Source of the DNA: a virus
Taxonomy: Duplodnaviria > Caudoviricetes
Reading direction: 5' to 3' (one strand)
IMG/VR virus record: IMGVR_UViG_3300044491_000309
Coordinates: 1-44,255 of that record
Length of the DNA: 44,255 nt
Numbering within the stretch: the stretch's first letter is position 1; every line of letters starts with the position of its first letter. This document shows positions 9,512 to 17,062 of this stretch, in pieces. A model generated the notes under the pieces. That model was not told where the DNA came from. It was given only the letters and a program-made list of their open reading frames with translations, and did no database searches. The translations under genes were made by a program, and so were the position numbers.

Positions 9512-9964
9512 ATGAGAAAAATCGATAAAATTATCTTACATTGTAGTGCTACTCCTGCTGGAAAACATTTTACTGTTGATGAGATTAGAAAATGGCATGT
9601 TGAAGGTAGAGGATGGAAAGACATAGGATATCATTATATAGTTTATTTAGATGGAAGTATACATAACGGAAGACCTGTTGAAGTCCCAGGGGCTCACGTT
9701 AGAGGACACAATAAACATAGCATCGGTGTATGTTATATTGGCGGAGTTTCTAACGTAAAAGATAAAAAAGGTAACTGGCCTGCTGAAGATACAAGAACTC
9801 CAGAACAGAAAGAAGGGTTATGGAAATTACTTATGGAACTAATGGCTTGCTATGATGGTGCTACATTACATGGACATAATGAATTTTCAAGTAAAGCATG
9901 TCCTAGTTTTTCAGTGGCTAAAGAATATAAAGACGTAATTGATTTTTATGCTGATGATAAATAA
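9512..9964 (+). CDS. Endolysin, N-acetylmuramoyl-L-alanine amidase (Amidase_2, T7 lysozyme-like)
   Basis: IILHCSAT, GWKDIGYH, GAHVRGHN, GHNEF..KACP zinc-amidase motifs. Confidence 0.93.
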   Translation: MRKIDKIILHCSATPAGKHFTVDEIRKWHVEGRGWKDIGYHYIVYLDGSIHNGRPVEVPGAHVRGHNKHSIGVCYIGGVSNVKDKKGNWPAEDTRTPEQKEGLWKLLMELMACYDGATLHGHNEFSSKACPSFSVAKEYKDVIDFYADDK

Positions 9965-9965
9965 T

Positions 9966-10298
9966 ATGAAAGAGTTATCTGAAGATACACGTTTAAATGT
10001 AAATGTAAAAACTATTGTTGCTATTTGTTTTGGTTTATTATCAATTGCTGGTGTTTATTTTACATTGGTGGCACAGATTCAACAATTAGAAATAAGCTTA
10101 ATGCGCATGGAATCTGAACTTGATATGAATTCTGAGTTTAGAGTAAAGTGGCCAAGGGGAGAGTTAGGATCTTTACCAGATGATGCTGAACAAAATATGC
10201 GTTTAATATATTTAGAAAAGTATCAATCCAAAGCTGTAAGCGATATTGATGAACTAAAATTAAAAGTAAAAGAATTAGAAGGGTGTATTGATAATTAA
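9966..10298 (+). CDS. Membrane-anchored coiled-coil protein in the lysis cassette
   Basis: ATG at 9966 follows the endolysin stop; one TM helix, then coiled coil. Confidence 0.5.
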   Translation: MKELSEDTRLNVNVKTIVAICFGLLSIAGVYFTLVAQIQQLEISLMRMESELDMNSEFRVKWPRGELGSLPDDAEQNMRLIYLEKYQSKAVSDIDELKLKVKELEGCIDN

Positions 10299-10336
10299 TC
10301 ACAAGATTTATCAATCTAATCAAGAAGTAACTTTAA

Positions 10337-10678
10337 ATGCAGACGATAAATAAGATTTGGAAATTCTTAAAAGAACAGTGGTTAACTTGTGTAATAATCA
10401 TTGTGCTTGTATTTATGCAAGTACAAGCTGACGCAGAAGTTGCTATATATAAAGAGGCACTTAAGCAGCTAGAAGTAAAGATAGAACAGTATAAAAAGTC
10501 AGATAAGAAACTGAGACATAAAATTGACAGTTTATCTTCTCTAGAGAAAGAGGTTATTAGGGAAATAGAAACTATCAAAGAAAAGGAATATGTACAAATT
10601 AAAGTGGTTGACTCTCTTTCTATTAGTGGGCTTCAGCAGTTTTTCACAGACAGATACCCCAGTGGTAATACTAACTGA
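10337..10678 (+). CDS. Inner-membrane spanin (Rz-like) candidate
   Basis: N-terminal TM helix plus coiled coil; 3' end overlaps the next gene in another frame. Confidence 0.55.
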   Translation: MQTINKIWKFLKEQWLTCVIIIVLVFMQVQADAEVAIYKEALKQLEVKIEQYKKSDKKLRHKIDSLSSLEKEVIREIETIKEKEYVQIKVVDSLSISGLQQFFTDRYPSGNTN

Positions 10679-11054
10679 GAATCAAGCTAGACAGGTTGCT
10701 AAAGATTTGGTAAGGTATGATAATCTAAAAGAGCTTTATGCTAAGTTAGGCCAAAGGGTTGGTATACTAATTAGTAAACAAGATCTACTAGAGAAAAGAA
10801 TAGTTACTAAAGACTCTATAATAGAGACACAACAAGAATACATTGATGTACAAGATAAAATCATTAATGCAAAGAAACCAATAACCTTTAATGGTTTTGT
10901 AGGCGTACAGACAAATCAACTGTCTCTCACTGAACCAACTCTCTATATTCAAACAGAAGTGGAGATTAGTAAGTTCACAGTGGGTGCTAGAGTGTTTGCT
11001 CAACCTAACAACCCTGGAGGATATGGTTTTATAGTTGAATATAAAATATTTTAA
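10590..11054 (+). CDS. Outer-membrane spanin candidate (signal peptide, coiled coil, C-terminal beta strands ending in Phe)
   Basis: Signal peptide ...FSSFS|Q, no Cys anywhere, C-terminus YGFIVEYKIF; overlaps the Rz-like gene. Confidence 0.5.
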   Translation: MYKLKWLTLFLLVGFSSFSQTDTPVVILTENQARQVAKDLVRYDNLKELYAKLGQRVGILISKQDLLEKRIVTKDSIIETQQEYIDVQDKIINAKKPITFNGFVGVQTNQLSLTEPTLYIQTEVEISKFTVGARVFAQPNNPGGYGFIVEYKIF

Positions 11055-11057
11055 ACC

Positions 11058-11183
11058 ATGGCAAAACACCAGCTGATATCATTTATTTCAAGAACTAGAA
11101 CTAAAAGACCAGGAGTTCATAGTAAAAATGCCTCACAAGGTCAAGTGGGGTATAAAAAAAGGTATAGAGGACAAGGTAGATAA
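11058..11183 (+). CDS. Small basic peptide (41 aa) ending KKRYRGQGR; not in the ORF track
   Basis: Reads MAKHQLISFISRTRTKRPGVHSKNASQGQVGYKKRYRGQGR*, with TAATG coupling to the next gene. Confidence 0.7.
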   Translation: MAKHQLISFISRTRTKRPGVHSKNASQGQVGYKKRYRGQGR

Positions 11184-11719
11184 TGAGTAAACATTCTAAC
11201 CTTCCATATCATTTCTATGTTAATGTAGATAATACATTTCTAGGACCTAACATGCCAAAAGGTGTTACACCAGCAATATGGCATGCAGTTTATGGAAGAC
11301 CTTATCAACTACTTTTATGTCATGTAATGCTTGAATCAGGAGCTCATTGGAGTGGGTTACCACTACATGCTATATCAACTACAGAAGACTTCTCAATAGA
11401 ACATAACAAACTGATGCCCTGGAAAACAATGGGGGATGATATGGACGTTATACAATTAGACTATTTAGAAGGACTTAAAGTTGAAACAAAGGTGGGACCA
11501 GGAAGACACACTGGAATAGTTATTGATTGGAAAGATGGTTATTCTAGATATCAACAAGAACATAAACCACTTAATTTGGTACAACTACACTCAGGTCAAT
11601 TTGCTCTTCAACCTAACAATTATTGTAAATTTACAGATGATCACTTTACTTCTGAAGAGTATAAGGATCAACTAAAGTTTTACAGAAGAGGTGAAGATCT
11701 TTATTGGGAGGGTGATTAA
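11183..11719 (+). CDS. Phage protein of unknown function
   Basis: 178-aa ORF with GAHW..LPLHA and SGQFALQPNN motifs. Confidence 0.7.
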   Translation: MSKHSNLPYHFYVNVDNTFLGPNMPKGVTPAIWHAVYGRPYQLLLCHVMLESGAHWSGLPLHAISTTEDFSIEHNKLMPWKTMGDDMDVIQLDYLEGLKVETKVGPGRHTGIVIDWKDGYSRYQQEHKPLNLVQLHSGQFALQPNNYCKFTDDHFTSEEYKDQLKFYRRGEDLYWEGD

Positions 11720-11728
11720 ATAATATTT

Positions 11729-11890
11729 ATGAGAGATTATGATGTAGACGATTGGGTGCTGGAGATAGGATTTCACTGGCCTCACCAAAGACTGGCTTTA
11801 GGTTGGGATATAATGAACCCAGACGACAAGCATAACTATACAACTATTAGGTTGTATTTATTTGTAATGACAATAACACTAGACTTCTAA
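11729..11890 (+). CDS. Hypothetical 53-aa protein; not in the ORF track
   Basis: Reads MRDYDVDDWVLEIGFHWPHQRLALGWDIMNPDDKHNYTTIRLYLFVMTITLDF* and fills the intergenic gap. Confidence 0.6.
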   Translation: MRDYDVDDWVLEIGFHWPHQRLALGWDIMNPDDKHNYTTIRLYLFVMTITLDF

Positions 11891-11909
11891 CTAATTTGAT
11901 TAGAAGTCT
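11881..11909 (+). terminator. Perfect 10-bp inverted repeat (terminator or operator)
   Basis: agacttctaa-N9-ttagaagtct at the end of the small ORF. Confidence 0.45.
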
Positions 11910-11967
11910 TTAACATGTTTAATTATTTTAATTTATACCTAGATTATAATAAGTCTAGGATTATTCA

Positions 11968-11975
11968 TAACTTTG
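11968..11975 (+). promoter_or_regulatory. -7 element TAACTTTG, 4 nt before the ATG at 11980
   Basis: Matches TAnnTTTG and is preceded by an imperfect hairpin at 11938-11959. Confidence 0.55.
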
Positions 11976-11979
11976 TATT

Positions 11980-12624
11980 ATGGCAACTTTTATAAAAGCA
12001 GGCTTTTGGCAGAAACTTTGTGACCCTTGTGAGGGCTATAAGAACTGGTTGAACTTAGACAAGTTTGTTAGCAATATTGTTAACAGTATTCTGAGAAGCA
12101 CACCTAATGGCTTATATTCTCAAACTGCAGATGGAACAGAAATTGTAAATACTGATGTAGAATCAGATTTAATTGGACCAGGTGTAGGCTCTTTAAGTGT
12201 TCCTGCAAATGGATTTAGAGTGGGCGATAGCTTTGTTGCTAGAATGGGTGGTGTAATCTCTACATCTGGAGGTAGTGACTTTATTACAATAAGAATTGAG
12301 TCATTGAATGGTGTAACAGTTGAATTAGCAAACAGTGGATCACAGTCTCTTCCAGGACTAAGTGATGAATCATTTACACTAGAGCTTAACTTTACAATTA
12401 GAAGCATTGGAGAAGCAGGCACTGCAGAAATACTAACTGTTGGAATCATGGCATTTCAAAAGTCTTCTTCAGGAAGTATGGAAGGGTTTGAATTTAGATC
12501 GCTTAACAATACGACCTTTGATACAACCAAAAGTGCAACATTAGACATCACTGCTCAGTGGGCTTCTGCAAATCCTGGAAGCAGTATTAAAAGTCAATAC
12601 TTTACATTACATAAACTTTATTAA
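11980..12624 (+). CDS. Putative virion structural/decoration protein (beta-rich)
   Basis: Gly/Ser/Thr-rich beta-sandwich-like sequence with a short N-terminal CxxC segment. Confidence 0.45.
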   Translation: MATFIKAGFWQKLCDPCEGYKNWLNLDKFVSNIVNSILRSTPNGLYSQTADGTEIVNTDVESDLIGPGVGSLSVPANGFRVGDSFVARMGGVISTSGGSDFITIRIESLNGVTVELANSGSQSLPGLSDESFTLELNFTIRSIGEAGTAEILTVGIMAFQKSSSGSMEGFEFRSLNNTTFDTTKSATLDITAQWASANPGSSIKSQYFTLHKLY

Positions 12625-12635
12625 AACATAACACG

Positions 12636-12773
12636 ATGGGAATACCAAATAAACAAATCGGATGGGGAGCAACAGAAAACTTGTTGTGGAACATCTCTAA
12701 GCAATTAGAGCGATTGATTCAAGTGACTGGTGCACAAAACACCACTACTACCACCACAACAGCTGCTCCGTAA
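12636..12773 (+). CDS. 45-aa peptide with poly-Thr C-terminal tail; not in the ORF track
   Basis: Reads MGIPNKQIGWGATENLLWNISKQLERLIQVTGAQNTTTTTTTAAP*. Confidence 0.7.
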   Translation: MGIPNKQIGWGATENLLWNISKQLERLIQVTGAQNTTTTTTTAAP

Positions 12774-12800
12774 GTATAATTAAGAAACCAACAACTACAT

Positions 12801-13820
12801 ATGAAAGACTTAAGATTTATCTGTGCACAGCCAGATGATACTTACTACACATGGCAAGTACATCTATGGTTGGAAAGTTTAAAAGAGATAGGTGAAATAG
12901 ATAAAGCAATTGTTTTAATCTTCACACCTGCTAGTAGAGAGTTTAATGATAAGTGGCAGAAGATAGTAGATCTATATCCTGAAGCTGAATTTAACTTCTA
13001 CAAAGATGAAGAGAATGATGTTAGTAAGTTACTAGGAATATATATACCTGTACTACGTCCATGGTTACTCTGGAAGTATTTTAAAGAACATCCAGAAATG
13101 TCTGAGAAAGCTATATTCTATTGTGACTCTGACATACTATTTACAGATAAGTTCGATATAAAGAAGTTCTTAGAAGATGATGTAAATTATCTATCTGACA
13201 CAAATAGCTACATAAACGCTAAATACTTCGATAGTAAAGTGAATCAAGTGCTACCTGAAAAGCTTGAAGAATACAAGAACAGAGATATCCTTTCTGAGAT
13301 TGCAAGTGTAATAGGTATAGACAGAGAGATTGCTGAGGCAAACAACGAACACTCTGGTGGAGCACAATACTTACTAAAGAACATAGATTATAACTTCTGG
13401 AGTAAGGTGATGAATGATTGTATACTCATCAGAACCTATCTGCAGAAGATAAACAGAGAGTTCTTTAAAAGTGAAGCGGAAGGTTTTCAATCATGGTGTG
13501 CAGACATGTGGGCTGTGCTTTGGAATCTTTGGCTTAGAGACCAAGAAACAAAAGTGGTTCCTGAGCTTGAATTTGCATGGGGCCCAGACCCTATATCTAA
13601 ATTAGATCGATGCTCAATATATCACAATGCTGGTATTGTAGCAGCAGAACAAGGAGGAATGCCTTGTTTCTATAAAGGAAAATATCACTCTGGTGCAGAT
13701 CCTATGAAGGATCCTCACTTAGACGTTGTGCTAAACAACGAAAAGAGTAAACAACATTGCACATGGTATTATGCTAGTGCGGTAAATAACATAAAACAAA
13801 AGTATAACCTAAACTATTAA
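12801..13820 (+). CDS. GT-A glycosyltransferase resembling peptidyl-serine galactosyltransferase / hydroxyproline arabinosyltransferase (GT96/GT95-like)
   Basis: YYTWQ..LW..S, RPWLL..Y, FYCDSDILF (DxD) and SWCADMWA parallel the recalled Y..WQ, NKP, DxD and GW..EMY motifs of SERGT1/HPAT. Confidence 0.65.
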   Translation: MKDLRFICAQPDDTYYTWQVHLWLESLKEIGEIDKAIVLIFTPASREFNDKWQKIVDLYPEAEFNFYKDEENDVSKLLGIYIPVLRPWLLWKYFKEHPEMSEKAIFYCDSDILFTDKFDIKKFLEDDVNYLSDTNSYINAKYFDSKVNQVLPEKLEEYKNRDILSEIASVIGIDREIAEANNEHSGGAQYLLKNIDYNFWSKVMNDCILIRTYLQKINREFFKSEAEGFQSWCADMWAVLWNLWLRDQETKVVPELEFAWGPDPISKLDRCSIYHNAGIVAAEQGGMPCFYKGKYHSGADPMKDPHLDVVLNNEKSKQHCTWYYASAVNNIKQKYNLNY

Positions 13821-13838
13821 CATTTAAAACTTATTAAA

Positions 13839-14042
13839 ATGGGAAGCAATAGACGTGATTTAAAAGCTTATGTAAGATTCGATGGATCTGGCAGAGTAGT
13901 TCCAGGTAGCTTAGTACTTAGACGTAAAATGCCTAAGGTTGGTAAATGGCAAGAGATTGTTGGCTATGAGTGCTGCAATCCTACCACTACCACAACTACT
14001 ACAGCAACCCCAACCACAACTAGCACAACTACAGTTGTATAA
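13839..14042 (+). CDS. 67-aa protein with CC motif and Thr-rich mucin-like tail
   Basis: Ends ECCNPTTTTTTTATPTTTSTTTVV. Confidence 0.75.
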   Translation: MGSNRRDLKAYVRFDGSGRVVPGSLVLRRKMPKVGKWQEIVGYECCNPTTTTTTTATPTTTSTTTVV

Positions 14043-14053
14043 AACTATAAACA

Positions 14054-14470
14054 ATGGCAATGAAATCTTTATTTCCTGAAGATATGATGGCAGGATCAGC
14101 ATCTGAATCCCTTACAGTGGACACAATAGCTGGTAAGCTAACATATTTTCATGAACAATTACATTTGTTGCATTGGCAAACAACTTCTTACGCAGAACAT
14201 CAAGCACTAGGAGGACTGTACGATTTTGTACATGACTTCAAAGATGGTGTAGTTGAAAAGATTATGGGATACACTGGAAAGCGTCCTGGAGTTTTTAAAA
14301 TTCCAGCGCTTTCTAATTGTACACCAGAATCATGCGTAGCTGATTTAATGTCATTTGCAACACAATTGAAACGTTATGGAGACATAAATGGTTTCCATGA
14401 CATAGGTAACCTTGCAGACACACTATCTGGTGAAGCTGCTAAAACAAAATACCTATTAACTCTATCATAA
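14054..14470 (+). CDS. Ferritin/Dps-like four-helix protein (DUF5856-like)
   Basis: HLLHWQT.SYAEH.ALG.LYD...D..VE ferroxidase-like motif and terminal KYLLTL. Confidence 0.7.
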   Translation: MAMKSLFPEDMMAGSASESLTVDTIAGKLTYFHEQLHLLHWQTTSYAEHQALGGLYDFVHDFKDGVVEKIMGYTGKRPGVFKIPALSNCTPESCVADLMSFATQLKRYGDINGFHDIGNLADTLSGEAAKTKYLLTLS

Positions 14471-14761
14471 ATGGAGATAAGCAAGAAATTCTTTTCTGAA
14501 GTCTTGCTAGAAAATGAAAAAGCATACTTTGCACATCTAGAAGGTGTAATAAGTTCTGTTGATGAGTATTCTAGCTTACAGATTACACGGACCAACAACT
14601 CATATATATTTAGATTGGCACCTAGTATGCCTAAGTATAACGATATGTTGTTAGAAGAAATTCTTAGACTCCATAATATGTTCAAAATAAAGTTAGACAT
14701 CTCTAAAAGTATAAAGTCCACAGGAACAATAGTGTTCAAGATAGAGGACTTGCAAACCTAG
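14471..14761 (+). CDS. Hypothetical protein
   Basis: 96-aa ORF abutting the upstream stop. Confidence 0.65.
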   Translation: MEISKKFFSEVLLENEKAYFAHLEGVISSVDEYSSLQITRTNNSYIFRLAPSMPKYNDMLLEEILRLHNMFKIKLDISKSIKSTGTIVFKIEDLQT

Positions 14762-14780
14762 CAAATATTTTGTATATTTG
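14749..14780 (+). promoter_or_regulatory. Bacteroidota-type promoter
   Basis: CTTG at 14749-14752, 20-nt spacer, TATATTTG at 14773-14780. Confidence 0.6.
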
Positions 14781-14813
14781 TTAAAATTATTATAAACCAA
14801 TAAATTAAAAATT

Positions 14814-15077
14814 ATGGCACAGTACGATCCAAACAAACGTTACACATGGGCTCCAGAAGACAAATTTGAACTATCTGGACAAGAATTCGGACTATTCTTA
14901 AACACTGTAAGAACCTTCTTAGCAACTGAAGAAGCTGGTAAATACCAACTTATGATGAGAGCTAATGACGTTATTGAACAAATAATGGCTAAAGGAGTTG
15001 AAACAGGCACTGTTAAAGAAGCACCTGAACCACCACAAGTTAGCGTGGAGGAACCAGCTATGGAAGTATTAAAATAG
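14814..15077 (+). CDS. Hypothetical acidic protein
   Basis: 87-aa ORF after a promoter and an A-rich leader. Confidence 0.7.
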   Translation: MAQYDPNKRYTWAPEDKFELSGQEFGLFLNTVRTFLATEEAGKYQLMMRANDVIEQIMAKGVETGTVKEAPEPPQVSVEEPAMEVLK

Positions 15078-15086
15078 AAACATAAT

Positions 15087-15266
15087 ATGGCTACAAAAAA
15101 GAAAATGATTAAGCGTAAGGATGGGTCCTACAGTCAAAGAGGATTGTGGGACAACATTCGTGCTAATAAAGGGTCTGGTAGAAAACCCACTAAAGCTATG
15201 TTGAAGCAAGAGAAAAAGATCAAAGCAAAAACAAAAAAGAAGAGGGCTACTAAAAAGAAAAAGTAA
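15087..15266 (+). CDS. Lys-rich basic protein (59 aa); not in the ORF track
   Basis: Reads MATKKKMIKRKDGSYSQRGLWDNIRANKGSGRKPTKAMLKQEKKIKAKTKKKRATKKKK*. Confidence 0.75.
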   Translation: MATKKKMIKRKDGSYSQRGLWDNIRANKGSGRKPTKAMLKQEKKIKAKTKKKRATKKKK

Positions 15267-15269
15267 CCC

Positions 15270-15569
15270 ATGGCTAAGAGAAAAGAAAAAGCTATCAGAA
15301 AGACCACTAAGGGTAAGAGTGCTAATTATAGACCTACCAAGAAAGGTGCTGGTATGACTAAAAAAGGTGTAAAAGCCTATAGAAAAGCTAATCCTGGAAG
15401 TAAGCTAAAAACTGCTGTAACAGGAAAGGTGAAGAAGGGATCTAAAGCTGCTAAAAGACGTAAGTCTTATTGCGCTAGAAGTTTGGGACAGTTAAAACGT
15501 AGCTCTGCTAAGACTAGAAATAATCCTAATTCTAGAATCAGACAGGCTAGAAGAAGATGGAAATGTTAA
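15270..15569 (+). CDS. Basic phage protein (DUF6321-like)
   Basis: RRKSYCARS.G and NPNSRIRQARRRWKC motifs. Confidence 0.65.
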   Translation: MAKRKEKAIRKTTKGKSANYRPTKKGAGMTKKGVKAYRKANPGSKLKTAVTGKVKKGSKAAKRRKSYCARSLGQLKRSSAKTRNNPNSRIRQARRRWKC

Positions 15570-15587
15570 CACTCAAACTATACAATT

Positions 15588-15848
15588 ATGATGCGTAAAA
15601 AAGCAGGATATGGCAAAACTATGAAGAAAGCCAAATCAGGAACAAAAGTAAAGAAAGCTGGTTATGGCAAATCTATGAAAGCCAAAGCTGGTAAATCACT
15701 AAAGAAACCTAAACCTAGCCAAGTAGGACTTAAGAAATTACCTACAGCTGTCCGTAACAAAATGGGATATGCTAAGAAAGGTAAAACAGTAGCTAAGAAA
15801 GCTAAGTCTGGTGGACGTATGAAGAAATGTAAATACGGATGTAAATAA
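15588..15848 (+). CDS. Histone-H1-like Lys-rich protein
   Basis: Repeated KKAGYGK.MK and KKAKSG units; no acidic residues. Confidence 0.65.
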   Translation: MMRKKAGYGKTMKKAKSGTKVKKAGYGKSMKAKAGKSLKKPKPSQVGLKKLPTAVRNKMGYAKKGKTVAKKAKSGGRMKKCKYGCK

Positions 15849-15851
15849 TAT

Positions 15852-15877
15852 AAGCCCCTTAATTGGGGCTTTTTTTT
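15852..15877 (+). terminator. Intrinsic terminator at the convergence of the two arms
   Basis: aagcccc-ttaatt-ggggctt followed by a T run. Confidence 0.85.
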
Positions 15878-16509
15878 ATTCTAGTTCCCCAAGTAGATAT
15901 AGCGTTAGCGTGATCTAAATAGTACTGCCACTCTTCAGGTATATCTTCTACGTTTAAATACCAAGGTGCATGTTTTATTGTGTAAGGTCTATCTAATCTT
16001 ATTGCATCATAAGAGAAGGGTGAATGACCTTTATATAATGCAAATGTAGTATCTATAGCAGCATCCCACCCATAAGGTGTTTTCTTTTCCCAATACCTAC
16101 TCTCTATTGCGTGTGCTTCTCTACCAAGCTCAGTGTTAGGTAAGTCTTCTATCTCAAGAGAGAATCCCACCTTGAATGCTCCTGAACGCATTAGAGCATT
16201 AAGCATGACATCTAACCAGTCATCAGGAACTTTATCGTATATACAGTCACTATCTGCTACAATAAAATAATTCTTTCTAAAGTTTTCGTATTTTGGATTC
16301 CAACATGAATAAGGTCCTTCATTATTGCAATAGATAATATCTTCTGGTATAGTTTTGTACCATTCTAATAAAGGAGGATATGTAGATCCTTGATCAAGTA
16401 TGTGTATCTTGACTCTTTCTTCTCTACGTAAAAATTCTACAGCGTTTTTAGTTGTCTCTAGAAGATTTCTATTAACTAGAAGTAAATGTATTTGGCTAGT
16501 TGTGTACAA
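15859..16509 (-). CDS. GT2-like glycosyltransferase (start codon uncertain, TTG)
   Basis: ILDQGSTYPPLLEWY, ADSD, and IDTTFALY motifs. Confidence 0.7.
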   Translation of the reverse strand: MYTTSQIHLLLVNRNLLETTKNAVEFLRREERVKIHILDQGSTYPPLLEWYKTIPEDIIYCNNEGPYSCWNPKYENFRKNYFIVADSDCIYDKVPDDWLDVMLNALMRSGAFKVGFSLEIEDLPNTELGREAHAIESRYWEKKTPYGWDAAIDTTFALYKGHSPFSYDAIRLDRPYTIKHAPWYLNVEDIPEEWQYYLDHANAISTWGTRIKKSPN

Positions 16510-17062
16510 ATAAAACTTTGTTTATTTTAAACATTTCTTCTTCTGTAAACTTCTTTTTAAACTGTTCTACAAACCAACCATCAGCATCATATTTTACTCC
16601 AAGATATATTTGCTGAGCTAAGTCTCTTCTAGTAGCAAAAGCTCCCATGTCTATTTGATTAGTAGATGGAGTACATTTAAAGTACGTATAATCATAGTGA
16701 GAATGTACCATATCCCAATAAATAAATCCAGGAGAGTTAGCTGCTGCTATTCGTAATTCAGCAACAAAGTTTGGTGTGTAATAGTTGTCATCTCCAGTCA
16801 TTACTATATATTGAGCATCTGACATTTGTTTACCATGCTCTCTTAATGTATGTCCCCAATCATTATACCGCTTATCCATAAAGGTGCAATATATTCTAGA
16901 ATCATTAAAACTTTTTACTATATCAGATATTCTTTTACTTTCTGTATCATCTACAATTACATGAGCACTCCAATTAGTATCTGTTTGAGCTGTAAGAGAA
17001 GCTAACATACAAATTAAAGGTTCATGCCTATTATATGTAGGAATAATAAACTCAACTAACAT
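16496..17062 (-). CDS. GT2 glycosyltransferase
   Basis: FIIPTYNR, IVDD, GDDNYY, ADG motifs. Confidence 0.85.
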   Translation of the reverse strand: MLVEFIIPTYNRHEPLICMLASLTAQTDTNWSAHVIVDDTESKRISDIVKSFNDSRIYCTFMDKRYNDWGHTLREHGKQMSDAQYIVMTGDDNYYTPNFVAELRIAAANSPGFIYWDMVHSHYDYTYFKCTPSTNQIDMGAFATRRDLAQQIYLGVKYDADGWFVEQFKKKFTEEEMFKINKVLFVHN

